Shown: positions 27,170 through 36,041 of the stretch, in pieces
Numbering within the stretch: the stretch's first letter is position 1
How the letters are laid out: every line of letters starts with the position of its first letter
Virus record (IMG/VR): IMGVR_UViG_3300012348_000256
Location: 1-47,190 of that record
Origin: a virus
Lineage: Duplodnaviria; Caudoviricetes
DNA length: 47,190 nt
Reading direction: 5' to 3' (one strand)
Translations under genes and position numbers: made by a program
The notes under the pieces: model-generated
Database searches by the model: none
What the model was told of the DNA's origin: nothing
What the model saw: only the letters and a program-made list of their open reading frames with translations

Positions 27170-27207
27170 TCTCCTGCAATCTCTGCAACTTAAGAAAGGA
27201 TAGCGCA

Positions 27208-27441
27208 ATGAACAAAGAAACACTCGACATGGAGAAGCTCCTGTCACGGTCCTCGGACCGCGCACAGCTCCTCTTGCTCCGACTCATGCAAGACCAGGAG
27301 CCCTTTGAGGCCATCGTGGTCACCATGCTGGCAACTGCCGTTATGGCCAAATGCATCGATATGCCCCGGGAGACCCTCCTGGAGGGCGTTGGAGCCGCCT
27401 TTGACTCACTTGTGGAGGCTACCCGCCATGCAACCCACTAA
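27208..27441 (+). CDS. hypothetical protein
   Basis: SD; first gene of the array. Confidence 0.65.
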   Translation: MNKETLDMEKLLSRSSDRAQLLLLRLMQDQEPFEAIVVTMLATAVMAKCIDMPRETLLEGVGAAFDSLVEATRHATH

Positions 27442-27631
27442 GCCCTCCCTGACCCGTCCTACGCCTCCCTACGACACAGGCAAGGTCAAGATTGGCCTGT
27501 GCTACACCGCCCCACCAAACTGGTCCGCGAGCCGCGATTCGTACAACTTGCAATCCGCTTTGTTGTCCGCCCACACCATCCGCCCCACTCCGATGGAGCG
27601 CCTGGCCTCTTTTCTCCGGAGCTTTGTATGA
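27428..27631 (+). CDS. hypothetical protein
   Basis: PYDTGKVKIG..Y...LQSALL; overlapping start. Confidence 0.55.
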   Translation: MQPTKPSLTRPTPPYDTGKVKIGLCYTAPPNWSASRDSYNLQSALLSAHTIRPTPMERLASFLRSFV

Positions 27632-27963
27632 CCACCCCCGACCACTCAAAAGAAGGCCTGTTGCTTTTTAACTACACATGCGACGAGTTAGGTGTTGATC
27701 TGGCTTGTTGGTTTGAATACGAGGCCGCGGAGCGCGGTGCTCGCAGCCGTTTCGGTGAGCAGTTGGAGCCCGACTACCCGGCCACGTGGTCTCTGTACCA
27801 CGTTTACCTGCCTAACTCTGATATCGACATCGCCCCTGTCCTGTCGTCTGACACCGCTAAGGAGATTGAGAACTGGGTGGCCGACCAGGCCGAAGAGGAG
27901 GCTGCTGACCGTGCTTTTAACGATGGGTACGACAAATTTCAAGACTGGAAGGATTCGCAATGA
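27628..27963 (+). CDS. hypothetical protein
   Basis: ATGA coupling; EYEAAERG...LEPDYP. Confidence 0.6.
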   Translation: MTTPDHSKEGLLLFNYTCDELGVDLACWFEYEAAERGARSRFGEQLEPDYPATWSLYHVYLPNSDIDIAPVLSSDTAKEIENWVADQAEEEAADRAFNDGYDKFQDWKDSQ

Positions 27964-28151
27964 ACGATATTGAAACAATCATCAGGACGGTAGAGGGCAA
28001 TCGCGTGTCGGTGTCCCAGTGGGATGACGGCGGTGCTTGGTTGCACATGCAGCTGCATGGTTCTACGGCGTACACAGCTTTGACCCGCGAGGAAGCCGAG
28101 CAGTTGCTCCAGGGTCTGCAGGCCATCTTGGCCCAGGAGGTGATGGCATGA
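27960..28151 (+). CDS. hypothetical protein
   Basis: ATGA coupling. Confidence 0.55.
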   Translation: MNDIETIIRTVEGNRVSVSQWDDGGAWLHMQLHGSTAYTALTREEAEQLLQGLQAILAQEVMA

Positions 28152-28354
28152 ACGAAGCAATGAAAAAAGCCTGGTTGGAAATCGACCAGATGTTGGGTGA
28201 GCCGACCCGCGAGGAGCTGGACGTGTTCCTGCGCACGTGGCAAAGGGCCATACAAGCGGAGCGCACCCGTTTAGCTCAGGAGTGTGCAAAGCTGCCCTTC
28301 GGGGACACAGCGGCCAGCTTCTCCGTGTGGATCAAGAACGGGGGGCAAGCATGA
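28148..28354 (+). CDS. hypothetical protein
   Basis: ATGA coupling; PFGDTAASFSVWI. Confidence 0.55.
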   Translation: MNEAMKKAWLEIDQMLGEPTREELDVFLRTWQRAIQAERTRLAQECAKLPFGDTAASFSVWIKNGGQA

Positions 28355-28491
28355 ACGCGATCCTGGAATTCCTCAAGCGTTGGTTTGGCCCTGTCCCGCC
28401 AGCCGAGACTGATGAGCAGTGTCCCTTTTGCCATGGCCTGGGATACGACAGCAGCGGGTACTGGTGCTCTTGCTTAAGGGAGAAGAAATGA
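28351..28491 (+). CDS. small Zn-ribbon protein
   Basis: CPFCHGLG...CSC. Confidence 0.5.
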   Translation: MNAILEFLKRWFGPVPPAETDEQCPFCHGLGYDSSGYWCSCLREKK

Positions 28492-29222
28492 CAACGCAAT
28501 TGGTTCGAGACTCTATGAAGTTGATGTCTGATGCTGGCGTAGATATTGTGGACATCAAGTGGTTTGACATGACTGGTGCAGTTGAAGACAAGCAAAAAGC
28601 CAATTTAGACCCGGTAATGACGCACAGACCGCCGTTCGGCAAATGTTTTGTTGCTTGGCAAGGCAAGACCCGTCACCACCCAAGCTACGAAGTTTTGATG
28701 TTGGTAGCGGGGGATGAGCCCGATGAAGGAATTTCTGTGTCCATGTGGAAAGGTCCGTCAGGCACACGTTTGCGGCCTATTCCTGCAATGTTTTACTTTA
28801 TTGAAGGTGACGAGATTCGTTATGGTTCCGTCAACGAAGATGAACCGGTAGACAAAGAACTTGCTGAGTTGATGCTGGCGCAGCTTGGAGCTTGGTACAG
28901 CGGAATGGATCGCCGCATGGAGGCATACATCCCATCGGTGCGCGACACGTTCACTAACCGCCGAAAGATTCAGCAGGGCAAGCTGCCGACCTACGACTGG
29001 ACAACGGTCTGGATTGAGCCATCTAAGCCTCGCCAAGAACCCAAAGGCGGCACACACGCATCGCCCCGACTGCACGAGCGCAGAGGCCATTTAAGAAGGC
29101 TGTCAACCGGTAAAAATGTCTGGGTTAAATCTTGCAAAGTAGGAGATGCAAGCAAGGGCACGGTATTTCACGATTACGCAATTAAGGAGCAAGCGCATGA
29201 AAAGCATCACAGAGTTAGCTAA
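28488..29222 (+). CDS. conserved phage hypothetical protein
   Basis: C-terminal HASPRLHERRGHLRR...VWVKSCKVG motif. Confidence 0.65.
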   Translation: MTTQLVRDSMKLMSDAGVDIVDIKWFDMTGAVEDKQKANLDPVMTHRPPFGKCFVAWQGKTRHHPSYEVLMLVAGDEPDEGISVSMWKGPSGTRLRPIPAMFYFIEGDEIRYGSVNEDEPVDKELAELMLAQLGAWYSGMDRRMEAYIPSVRDTFTNRRKIQQGKLPTYDWTTVWIEPSKPRQEPKGGTHASPRLHERRGHLRRLSTGKNVWVKSCKVGDASKGTVFHDYAIKEQAHEKHHRVS

Positions 29223-29430
29223 AGAAGTTGGCTACCCAATGCTGGTTTTTATGGGTACACCCTACGTTTCTCCAGAACTAAGGCGTTTGGTAGAGGCCGC
29301 AGTTGAGCAAGAGCGTGAAGCGTGTGCAGCAATGGCAGAAGCTTTTCACCGCCATCAATACGACTTCACTGGCGACATCGAATTGCACGAAGCAATCCGA
29401 GCAAGAGGAGAAACAAATGAGCAAACTTAA
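29197..29430 (+). CDS. hypothetical protein (EREACA module)
   Basis: SD AAGGAG; EREACA...AIRARG. Confidence 0.55.
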   Translation: MKSITELAKEVGYPMLVFMGTPYVSPELRRLVEAAVEQEREACAAMAEAFHRHQYDFTGDIELHEAIRARGETNEQT

Positions 29431-29641
29431 ATCACTGACATTCGATGAGTACAAAGTAGCGGCCAAGGTCACACTGAACGAGGCCGCTGACGAGGAGCCT
29501 GATGCTGTCATTGTGCTGATGTTCCACCGGGGGACGGGGCAATTCAAAATCAAATGCTCCAAGGTCGAGAACCGACTTGAGTTGGTCGGCGCATTGGAAG
29601 AAGCAAAGAACCATGTATTGGTGACGGGGTACGCATCATGA
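29417..29641 (+). CDS. hypothetical protein
   Basis: SD GAGGAG. Confidence 0.55.
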   Translation: MSKLKSLTFDEYKVAAKVTLNEAADEEPDAVIVLMFHRGTGQFKIKCSKVENRLELVGALEEAKNHVLVTGYAS

Positions 29642-29871
29642 AGTTAGAGCATTGCAGCAGAGAGTCTTGCGTCCAGATCATTGACGAGCTTACCGCCAAG
29701 ATGGAAGCGTACAAAGAACTGATGGACGCAACCGCCAAAGACGCTGACAGAGCCTACGAGTTACTGCGCCGCGCTGAGAACGAGATGCGGTATGCCGGGT
29801 GGACGAAGCTTGAGTCGGACAACCCTGCCCGCAACGGCGTATATGAACAGATCAAGGAGTTTTTGAAATGA
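29638..29871 (+). CDS. hypothetical protein
   Basis: ATGA coupling. Confidence 0.55.
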   Translation: MKLEHCSRESCVQIIDELTAKMEAYKELMDATAKDADRAYELLRRAENEMRYAGWTKLESDNPARNGVYEQIKEFLK

Positions 29872-30080
29872 GCACATTCCAAATGAAAACCACAGAAGTC
29901 ACCATCGAAATGGATGGCTTGCACATCACCACCGTAACAAGATCAGAACCGCGCCCACACGAACAGCATGATCCAAACGAAGCGCAGATTGGCGACTTTC
30001 ACATGAGCCTGTTTACACTGGACGAGTGGGTGGAGTTTTCGGGCTTGATCGAGAAAGCAATAAGGGAGGTCACCAAATGA
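29868..30080 (+). CDS. hypothetical protein
   Basis: SD AAGGAG; ATGA coupling. Confidence 0.55.
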   Translation: MSTFQMKTTEVTIEMDGLHITTVTRSEPRPHEQHDPNEAQIGDFHMSLFTLDEWVEFSGLIEKAIREVTK

Positions 30081-30256
30081 CAACACAAGACTGGCACGAC
30101 ATGAATAAATTCTTGATGGACCTTCACTTCATCCAAGCAAACGCAATCGTTGGGGCAGAGTTGCAGGGCAACAAGCAAGCCATCAAATACATGAAACGAA
30201 TTGCGGAGCTGCGTGAGCTAGTCAAGCTGGAAGCTGGAATCAAGGAGAACCCATGA
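30077..30256 (+). CDS. hypothetical protein
   Basis: SD GGAGG; ATGA coupling. Confidence 0.5.
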   Translation: MTTQDWHDMNKFLMDLHFIQANAIVGAELQGNKQAIKYMKRIAELRELVKLEAGIKENP

Positions 30257-30873
30257 CCAAAGACGAAGCCCTCGACTTGGCGCTGGAGGCGTTGGAGGTT
30301 GTTGAGCCCCATACATTTCCTGATAGCGATGCAGAGCGTATTTCTCGTGCCGCCATCATCGCATGCCAAGAAGCCTTGGCAAGCCCAGAGCAAAAGCCCA
30401 TGGCCTATGGAATGTGGGACACCATGCTTGGCAAAGACAATCGCATGATGATGGTGCGCCTTGATAAAGGGCAGGATGGTTGTACTGTTCCCCTCTACAC
30501 ATCCCCACCAGCAGAGCCTGACTTCTGGGAAGGCTACGTTCCTGAGCCAGTGAAGGCAGCACAGCCTGTGGCGCTGAAGTGGCAACGAGCACCAATCCGC
30601 ACGGCTTGGGGCGATGACATGGTGGTAGCAAGTGTCGCCATTGACAACGACCACACGCTTTCCTTGTACTGTGAGCGCGACCAAACACCAAAGGTTGATG
30701 CAATGTTTGCACATCGCACATGGGTGTCGCTGACGGATGAGGAGATTGATGCAGCAATCCACGTTGCAAAAAAAGTTGACACTGGATATGTAGGGTGGGT
30801 GCGTGACCAGCGCAGAGAATATGCCCGAGCCATCGAAGCCAAACTGAGGAGCAAAAATGAAGACCGTAATTGA
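30253..30873 (+). CDS. modular hypothetical protein
   Basis: MTKDEAL.LALEALE...PLYT.P...WVSLTDEEI...YARAIEAKLR modules. Confidence 0.6.
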   Translation: MTKDEALDLALEALEVVEPHTFPDSDAERISRAAIIACQEALASPEQKPMAYGMWDTMLGKDNRMMMVRLDKGQDGCTVPLYTSPPAEPDFWEGYVPEPVKAAQPVALKWQRAPIRTAWGDDMVVASVAIDNDHTLSLYCERDQTPKVDAMFAHRTWVSLTDEEIDAAIHVAKKVDTGYVGWVRDQRREYARAIEAKLRSKNEDRN

Positions 30874-31138
30874 AATGGCGCGAGATCAGGGTCTTCCTGA
30901 AACAGAAGTGGCTGGCGTTTTTATTGTCAACCAAGATGACCTTGGCCGTTTTGCCGAGCTTGTCCGTGCTGACGCTATTGCTGACGCAGTGGAACGTGAG
31001 CGTGAGGCATGTGCGAAGGTGGCTGACGATCAATGGGTGCGTAATCCAAACGTGTCGGGTGGTGATGCTATAAAAGTAAGGAGAAGAACACATGACCTAC
31101 GACTACCAAGGATCGCTGTCCCAGAAGCTGGTGGATGA
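30857..31138 (+). CDS. hypothetical protein (EREACA module)
   Basis: RFAELVRA...EREREACAK. Confidence 0.5.
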   Translation: MKTVIEMARDQGLPETEVAGVFIVNQDDLGRFAELVRADAIADAVEREREACAKVADDQWVRNPNVSGGDAIKVRRRTHDLRLPRIAVPEAGG

Positions 31139-31265
31139 GCTGCTGGAGGTGGTACATAGGTATGACGAGACGCTGATGGTGGCAACAGCCATTGGATGCC
31201 TTGAGATCGCCAAAGCGCAAGTGTTGCTGGACCACATGGAGGTGGAAGATGACGACGACCTGTAA
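31092..31265 (+). CDS. hypothetical protein
   Basis: Read manually: MTYDYQGSLSQKLVDELL...IGCLEIAK; SD AAGGAG. Confidence 0.5.
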   Translation: MTYDYQGSLSQKLVDELLEVVHRYDETLMVATAIGCLEIAKAQVLLDHMEVEDDDDL

Positions 31266-31455
31266 ACACAACTGGCACTTCATCACCGCCGACAAAGACA
31301 CCTTGAAATGCCAGCGCTGCGGCATAGAGACCGGTCCGCGGTCCTATGACCAACGGGTTCAAGACCTGCTGCAAGAACCGAGGGCCTGGTTCACGGTGAG
31401 CGAAATCAACGACTGGGCCGACAAGTATTTAGACAAACACAAGGAGCAAGCATGA
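31249..31455 (+). CDS. small Zn-finger protein
   Basis: CKHNW...CQRCG. Confidence 0.5.
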   Translation: MTTTCKHNWHFITADKDTLKCQRCGIETGPRSYDQRVQDLLQEPRAWFTVSEINDWADKYLDKHKEQA

Positions 31456-31652
31456 AAGCCGTGATTGAAGTAACAGACTGCCGCGACTGTCCTTTTGCTG
31501 GAGACCATCGTGGTCACGGCGAGTGTTGGAAGGAGTGCCGACATCCGCAACACAGCCAAGGCGCATACGGAAACATACTGTGGGGTTGTCAAGAACAATT
31601 TAAGGCCACGCCAAGCTGGTGCCCCCTCAAGGAGAAGCAAAATGGAAATTGA
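31452..31652 (+). CDS. small Cys-rich protein
   Basis: CRDCPF...PSWCPL. Confidence 0.55.
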   Translation: MKAVIEVTDCRDCPFAGDHRGHGECWKECRHPQHSQGAYGNILWGCQEQFKATPSWCPLKEKQNGN

Positions 31653-31869
31653 ACAATTTGCCAAGCAAGCTGGCTGCGTGGTCAGCATGAACGAAGACCC
31701 GCGAGGGTGGGGTGGTCAGTACCAATGGCACACGGTTGACCATCCAAACTGCTTCTTTGCTGGCTACAAGACCGAAGCCAGCGCGTACAAGGGCTGGCTG
31801 GAAGGCACGTTTGGACCAACGACAGCCAAAGCTGTTCTCAAGCTGCTAAAGAAAGTGGAAAAACTATGA
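31642..31869 (+). CDS. hypothetical protein
   Basis: SD AAGGAG. Confidence 0.55.
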   Translation: MEIEQFAKQAGCVVSMNEDPRGWGGQYQWHTVDHPNCFFAGYKTEASAYKGWLEGTFGPTTAKAVLKLLKKVEKL

Positions 31870-32156
31870 GCACACCTTTTGAAGCCCCCGTACACGCATC
31901 GGACTGCGCCATGCACAGCGAACCAGCATACCCAGCCGGTGAGTGTGACTGCCAGCCTGAGCAGCCCACGCTTGATATTGAGTCCACACTGGAGATGTAC
32001 AGGAATTCCTGTGCAAGACTTAAACTGCAAAACAAACGGATGCGTTACCTGCTTGAGCGCACCTATTACATCCACGAAGACGGCAGTTTGAGGCAGAGGT
32101 TGATGGACAACTTGCTGGCCGATGTGGCGCGTGACGTTCTGGAGAACGATCTATGA
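31866..32156 (+). CDS. hypothetical protein
   Basis: MSTPFE start; HASDCAMHSEPAYPAGECDC motif. Confidence 0.55.
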   Translation: MSTPFEAPVHASDCAMHSEPAYPAGECDCQPEQPTLDIESTLEMYRNSCARLKLQNKRMRYLLERTYYIHEDGSLRQRLMDNLLADVARDVLENDL

Positions 32157-32407
32157 GCACACCTTTTGAAGACAAGCGCCGCACGCAGTCCTTGGACTCT
32201 CGCCGCGCCAACATATACAAAAAGATCGAGGCTGTGTTTGACCAGCTTGGACCAGAGTTCAAGGCTCCCGAGCTGTATGCACTCACTGGCATCAAGAACG
32301 TATTTGCAAACCGCATCTTGGTTGCATCAGTTCTCACGGACTCGTTCGACTGCACGATCATTGGAAACCACTCAGAAAAAAGACGATGGAAGAAAGGAAA
32401 GAAATGA
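32153..32407 (+). CDS. hypothetical protein
   Basis: MSTPFE start; ATGA coupling. Confidence 0.55.
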   Translation: MSTPFEDKRRTQSLDSRRANIYKKIEAVFDQLGPEFKAPELYALTGIKNVFANRILVASVLTDSFDCTIIGNHSEKRRWKKGKK

Positions 32408-32667
32408 GCACACCTTTTAATGAATACTGGTTGGAGTTGGGCGCAACCGTCCCGGTTAATGTCGAGACCACGGCCATCTTGCTAAATGAAATCAGGCTCT
32501 TGCGTGATGGGGCATTCAACCGTGGCGGTTGGCCTGAGAAAAAAAGCTGGAGAGACCTAAGTAAAGAGAAGTGCTGGGACGTATGTGTGCAGCACAGGAA
32601 TGACCCATTCAGCTTGCTAGTCGCAACGCAAAATGCGCTGCGCGAACTGAACGGGGGGCCGACATGA
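32404..32667 (+). CDS. hypothetical protein
   Basis: MSTPF start; ATGA coupling. Confidence 0.55.
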   Translation: MSTPFNEYWLELGATVPVNVETTAILLNEIRLLRDGAFNRGGWPEKKSWRDLSKEKCWDVCVQHRNDPFSLLVATQNALRELNGGPT

Positions 32668-32819
32668 CCAAAGAAGACGCCATCAAGCTGATCAAGCTGC
32701 TGGCCGCGCTGGAGAGCTGGTCGTTCAGCGCAAAGATAGACCTGCCCGACTACCTGCACGAAGACCTGACCCTCGCGCTGGAGAAGCTGGAAAAGATTGT
32801 TTTGGAGAAGAAGCCATGA
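32664..32819 (+). CDS. hypothetical protein
   Basis: Read manually: MTKEDAIKLIKLLAALESWSFS; ATGA coupling at both ends. Confidence 0.5.
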   Translation: MTKEDAIKLIKLLAALESWSFSAKIDLPDYLHEDLTLALEKLEKIVLEKKP

Positions 32820-33154
32820 CCAAAGAAGACGAAGAATTCAACCGCATCGAGAATGAGGCTGACATGCGCCGGAAGGCTGTGCGCGCCGCTTTGGACGACC
32901 ACTTGATGCACATGCGTGCAAACCTGAGCGAATACCAGCGCGGTGTCATTGACGGCAGGCAGATGCAGATGCAGTCCAGCGTGGACAAGGCTGTCAATGC
33001 TCTGTCCAAGCGCGAGTGGATCGGCCTTACGGATGAGGAAGTGCTTTCTATTGGCAAAGAACTGGGGCTGAAGTGCAAATTAGGCGGCAATCCCAATATC
33101 GATTTTGATTACGCCCGAGCAATTGAAGACCTGTTAAGGAAGAAGAACACATGA
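32816..33154 (+). CDS. modular hypothetical protein
   Basis: EDEEFNRIE...WIGLTDEEV...YARAIE. Confidence 0.55.
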   Translation: MTKEDEEFNRIENEADMRRKAVRAALDDHLMHMRANLSEYQRGVIDGRQMQMQSSVDKAVNALSKREWIGLTDEEVLSIGKELGLKCKLGGNPNIDFDYARAIEDLLRKKNT

Positions 33155-33780
33155 GCTACATCATTGCATCCCTCCCTCCGCTCAAGTGCTTTGTGCGGCG
33201 CGAGTTCCTGTACAACTTCACCAAGGGCCAGGGCGAGTTTGAGCCAGCGATTTGGGTCAGCATCAAAGCGCTGCGCGGTCAGGTATTCAGGATCGAATCG
33301 CTCCTGCCCAACTACGGCGCGCTGTACGACAAGCTGCCCTTGCATGCGTATGTCTGGACACACAGCCACGGTGACTTGCCTATTGACACCCTGCAACTGT
33401 GGGACTGCATGGGTTACCGCTTCACGGTCCTCGAGAAGATCGGTCTGCGCAACCTGGGCGTGAAGTTCTTGGGCAAGGACAAGAAGTGGCACCACGGCAA
33501 GTATCTGTTCACTGTGGATTTCTGTGCGGACGGTATGGACGTTGACACGGGGTTCACGGAGCAGGCTGAGGAGCACAAGAGCTTCAACTTCATCCGCTTG
33601 GAGAACGGCCAGTTTGCTTGCCAGCCCAACAACCGCTGCCTGTGGTACGACCAGTCCCTCATCCCTGCGGAGGTGAAGTTTCCTGATTTCCAGGCGGCGA
33701 AGGATTTTTACACTGTCGATGGTTCGCGCAAATGGGCCGCGGGCGACGATTGGTTTTACGGTATGGAGGAAAGAAAATGA
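33151..33780 (+). CDS. conserved phage protein of unknown function
   Basis: 209 aa with strong codon bias; YGALYDKLP...LQLWDC...EHKS...QPNNR. Confidence 0.7.
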   Translation: MSYIIASLPPLKCFVRREFLYNFTKGQGEFEPAIWVSIKALRGQVFRIESLLPNYGALYDKLPLHAYVWTHSHGDLPIDTLQLWDCMGYRFTVLEKIGLRNLGVKFLGKDKKWHHGKYLFTVDFCADGMDVDTGFTEQAEEHKSFNFIRLENGQFACQPNNRCLWYDQSLIPAEVKFPDFQAAKDFYTVDGSRKWAAGDDWFYGMEERK

Positions 33781-33995
33781 ACGAAACAAACACAGGTGGG
33801 CCAGCCTTCCCAAGCCACGGCAGTATGGGCGAGGTGGCGCAAGAAGGCATGACCCTGCGCGACTACTTTGCAGCCAAGGCAATGCAGGCGATCCTCCAAG
33901 CAAACAAAGGCATTTACTTCACGCCACCCGATGCTGATCTGTCTGCATCTGCATATGAAATGGCCGATGCCATGTTGAAAGCGAGGCAAGCATGA
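33777..33995 (+). CDS. conserved small phage protein (GGPAFP/GMTLRDYFAAKAM family)
   Basis: GGPAFP...GMTLRDYFAAKAMQ...AYEMADAMLKAR. Confidence 0.75.
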   Translation: MNETNTGGPAFPSHGSMGEVAQEGMTLRDYFAAKAMQAILQANKGIYFTPPDADLSASAYEMADAMLKARQA

Positions 33996-34002
33996 AAAAG
34001 AC

Positions 34003-34200
34003 ATGAAAGTCTGGGCGATCAAGCTCAGGGGCCGCAGCTTCTACAAAGACAGCTACGACATTCCTTTTGTTTATCCAACGCGCCGCCATGCAATGGAAGA
34101 GGCCGAGAAGATTGCAGACTGGAAGAACAGGAACCCGATGAACAGAAGCCCATCAACCGAAGTAGTGCGCGTCAGAGTACGCATAGAGGAAATCGTATGA
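34003..34200 (+). CDS. hypothetical protein
   Basis: ORF track; coupled to the next gene. Confidence 0.5.
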   Translation: MKVWAIKLRGRSFYKDSYDIPFVYPTRRHAMEEAEKIADWKNRNPMNRSPSTEVVRVRVRIEEIV

Positions 34201-34433
34201 GAAAACAGACCTGCAACTGCCACCCCGACTCGCCTTTCCACTGGGCGCACGATCCGCGGCCCAGCATCTTTGTCAAAGACATCTATTTCAGGCCCAAAGC
34301 CAAGCAGGTGTACGAGAACCTGACCAAGGAAGAGAACCTGATTGCTTACAAGCAATTCAGCATTCACAGCCGCGCGCACCCCGGTGTCAAGCCAACATTG
34401 AACAAGCATGAGCTTGGAAAGGCAAGAAAATGA
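34197..34433 (+). CDS. hypothetical protein
   Basis: CNCHPDSPFHW motif. Confidence 0.5.
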   Translation: MRKQTCNCHPDSPFHWAHDPRPSIFVKDIYFRPKAKQVYENLTKEENLIAYKQFSIHSRAHPGVKPTLNKHELGKARK

Positions 34434-34560
34434 CTGACGAACGATTCCTTATTTTGTTGGCTTGCATTTGGCTTGCCCCACACGTTCCAAAGGGGATTGG
34501 TTTCATCAATGGTTGCATCATGGTTATCACGGCTGTGGCAATTGGATTGGAGTGGAACAC

Positions 34561-34746
34561 ATGAAATGGAAAGAGTGGGGCGAGAACCATTGGGTGCTGA
34601 TCACCAGCACAGGCGAAGTGGTTGACGAAATCAAACGTGACAGCCAATTCTTCTTTGTCCTGAAAAGCAGCAACAAGAAGTTCATTGACATCAACAAAGC
34701 CAAGAAATCAAGAGAAATAGGAGTAGAGAATGGAAAACGGGATTAA
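34561..34746 (+). CDS. hypothetical protein
   Basis: MKWKEWGENHW; ATGA coupling. Confidence 0.45.
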   Translation: MKWKEWGENHWVLITSTGEVVDEIKRDSQFFFVLKSSNKKFIDINKAKKSREIGVENGKRD

Positions 34747-35020
34747 AAGAATCCGCCTCTGTATGGGGCTGACCCAGCAGCAGTTTGCTGACATGCTGGA
34801 ATGCTCCCAGGGCAACATTGGCCACTACGAGCTGCGCGATCAAATGGTCCCGCCCGAGACGGCCAGGAAACTTATTGCTGAAGCCGCGAAGCGCGGTTCG
34901 GTAGTCACCTACGAAGACATCTACGGCGCGGTCACTGAACCTGTTGTCAAGATCAAGCCCAGTGTTCGCAGGGAGATATTGGAAATCACCGAAAGGAGAG
35001 CACGCCATGCAGAGGATTGA
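34730..35020 (+). CDS. Cro/CI-like (XRE) HTH regulator
   Basis: IKRIR..MGLTQQQFADMLECSQGNIGHYE. Confidence 0.8.
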   Translation: MENGIKRIRLCMGLTQQQFADMLECSQGNIGHYELRDQMVPPETARKLIAEAAKRGSVVTYEDIYGAVTEPVVKIKPSVRREILEITERRARHAED

Positions 35021-35417
35021 ACACGACGTCTACGTCATCATCACCGAGCTCGGCGCACAAGCTGAGGTGGTGATACCGCCAATGGAGCTCAACGACATCC
35101 GCCGTGAGCGCAACGAGTACCTGTCCCAGACAGCCTCTGACCTCTACGACCGTGTGGTGTACATGGTCCGCAGCGAAGGCCTGGAGTACGACCCTGCACT
35201 GGACGAGGCAGAAGAAGGTCCGCTGCTCGAGATTCAGGTGCGCATGGGCATGTTCTCCATGTCCTCTGCTTTTTGGCGCGAGACGCGGCGCGAGAGGCAG
35301 GATCGGTTGATGCAGATCGTCAACGAGCTGTTCGCTGGCCTCTTAAACATGAAGAAGAACTACGACGACGTGGTCCGCGAAGAGGAAGAGGAAGAGGAAG
35401 ATGCGAAAAAGAAGTAA
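35007..35417 (+). CDS. hypothetical acidic protein
   Basis: SD AAGGAG. Confidence 0.6.
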   Translation: MQRIEHDVYVIITELGAQAEVVIPPMELNDIRRERNEYLSQTASDLYDRVVYMVRSEGLEYDPALDEAEEGPLLEIQVRMGMFSMSSAFWRETRRERQDRLMQIVNELFAGLLNMKKNYDDVVREEEEEEEDAKKK

Positions 35418-35895
35418 GTACCGCCCACGGGGCGTGATCTACGACACCTTGAACTATGTGGTGTCGGGCATGAAGGTGGTGGGCGAGATGAGCTCTGGCA
35501 CCACGCTCAAGATCAAGAATCACGCGGCGCTCGAACAGGTGCGCCAGGGCCTCGGTACGCGAGAAGATATTGACGTTCTCATCTGCGCATTCAACATCAC
35601 AGAAGCACTGGCTTTGATGCGCATTGGGGACGACTGGAAGGATGAGATTCGGGCCGCGCAAGACGCGCTCCTGGCGGTGGGACGCCGGGGCGTGGAGACT
35701 GGCAAGTTTATTTTGCGCGGACCCGAGCTCACCTCTTTCAACTTGGCCATGGAAATCCATGACGCACAGCTCGATGCCTGTACTGTAGCCGAACTGGAAA
35801 AAGCTATTGCTTTTGTCGAGACGATTGTCAAGAACAAACAGGCACGGCCCATCATACGAAAGCAGCATGCAAAAGAAGAAAACGTCAGCGCCTGA
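35401..35895 (+). CDS. conserved phage hypothetical protein
   Basis: MRKRSKYRPRG...KNHAAL...HDAQL. Confidence 0.65.
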   Translation: MRKRSKYRPRGVIYDTLNYVVSGMKVVGEMSSGTTLKIKNHAALEQVRQGLGTREDIDVLICAFNITEALALMRIGDDWKDEIRAAQDALLAVGRRGVETGKFILRGPELTSFNLAMEIHDAQLDACTVAELEKAIAFVETIVKNKQARPIIRKQHAKEENVSA

Positions 35896-36031
35896 GGGCA
35901 CGACACCACTATCACAAGAGGAGCTCAAGGCTTGGTGGCCCTTTGAGCGGCTGGACCCAAAGAGGTTCCCCAAGCAACCCAAGGCCACTGAACCCAGTCC
36001 AATTTCGGACATTGAAGAAGCACTTTTTTAA
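35867..36031 (+). CDS. hypothetical protein
   Basis: WWPF...EEALF ending. Confidence 0.45.
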   Translation: MQKKKTSAPEGTTPLSQEELKAWWPFERLDPKRFPKQPKATEPSPISDIEEALF

Positions 36032-36041
36032 GGAGAACCCC

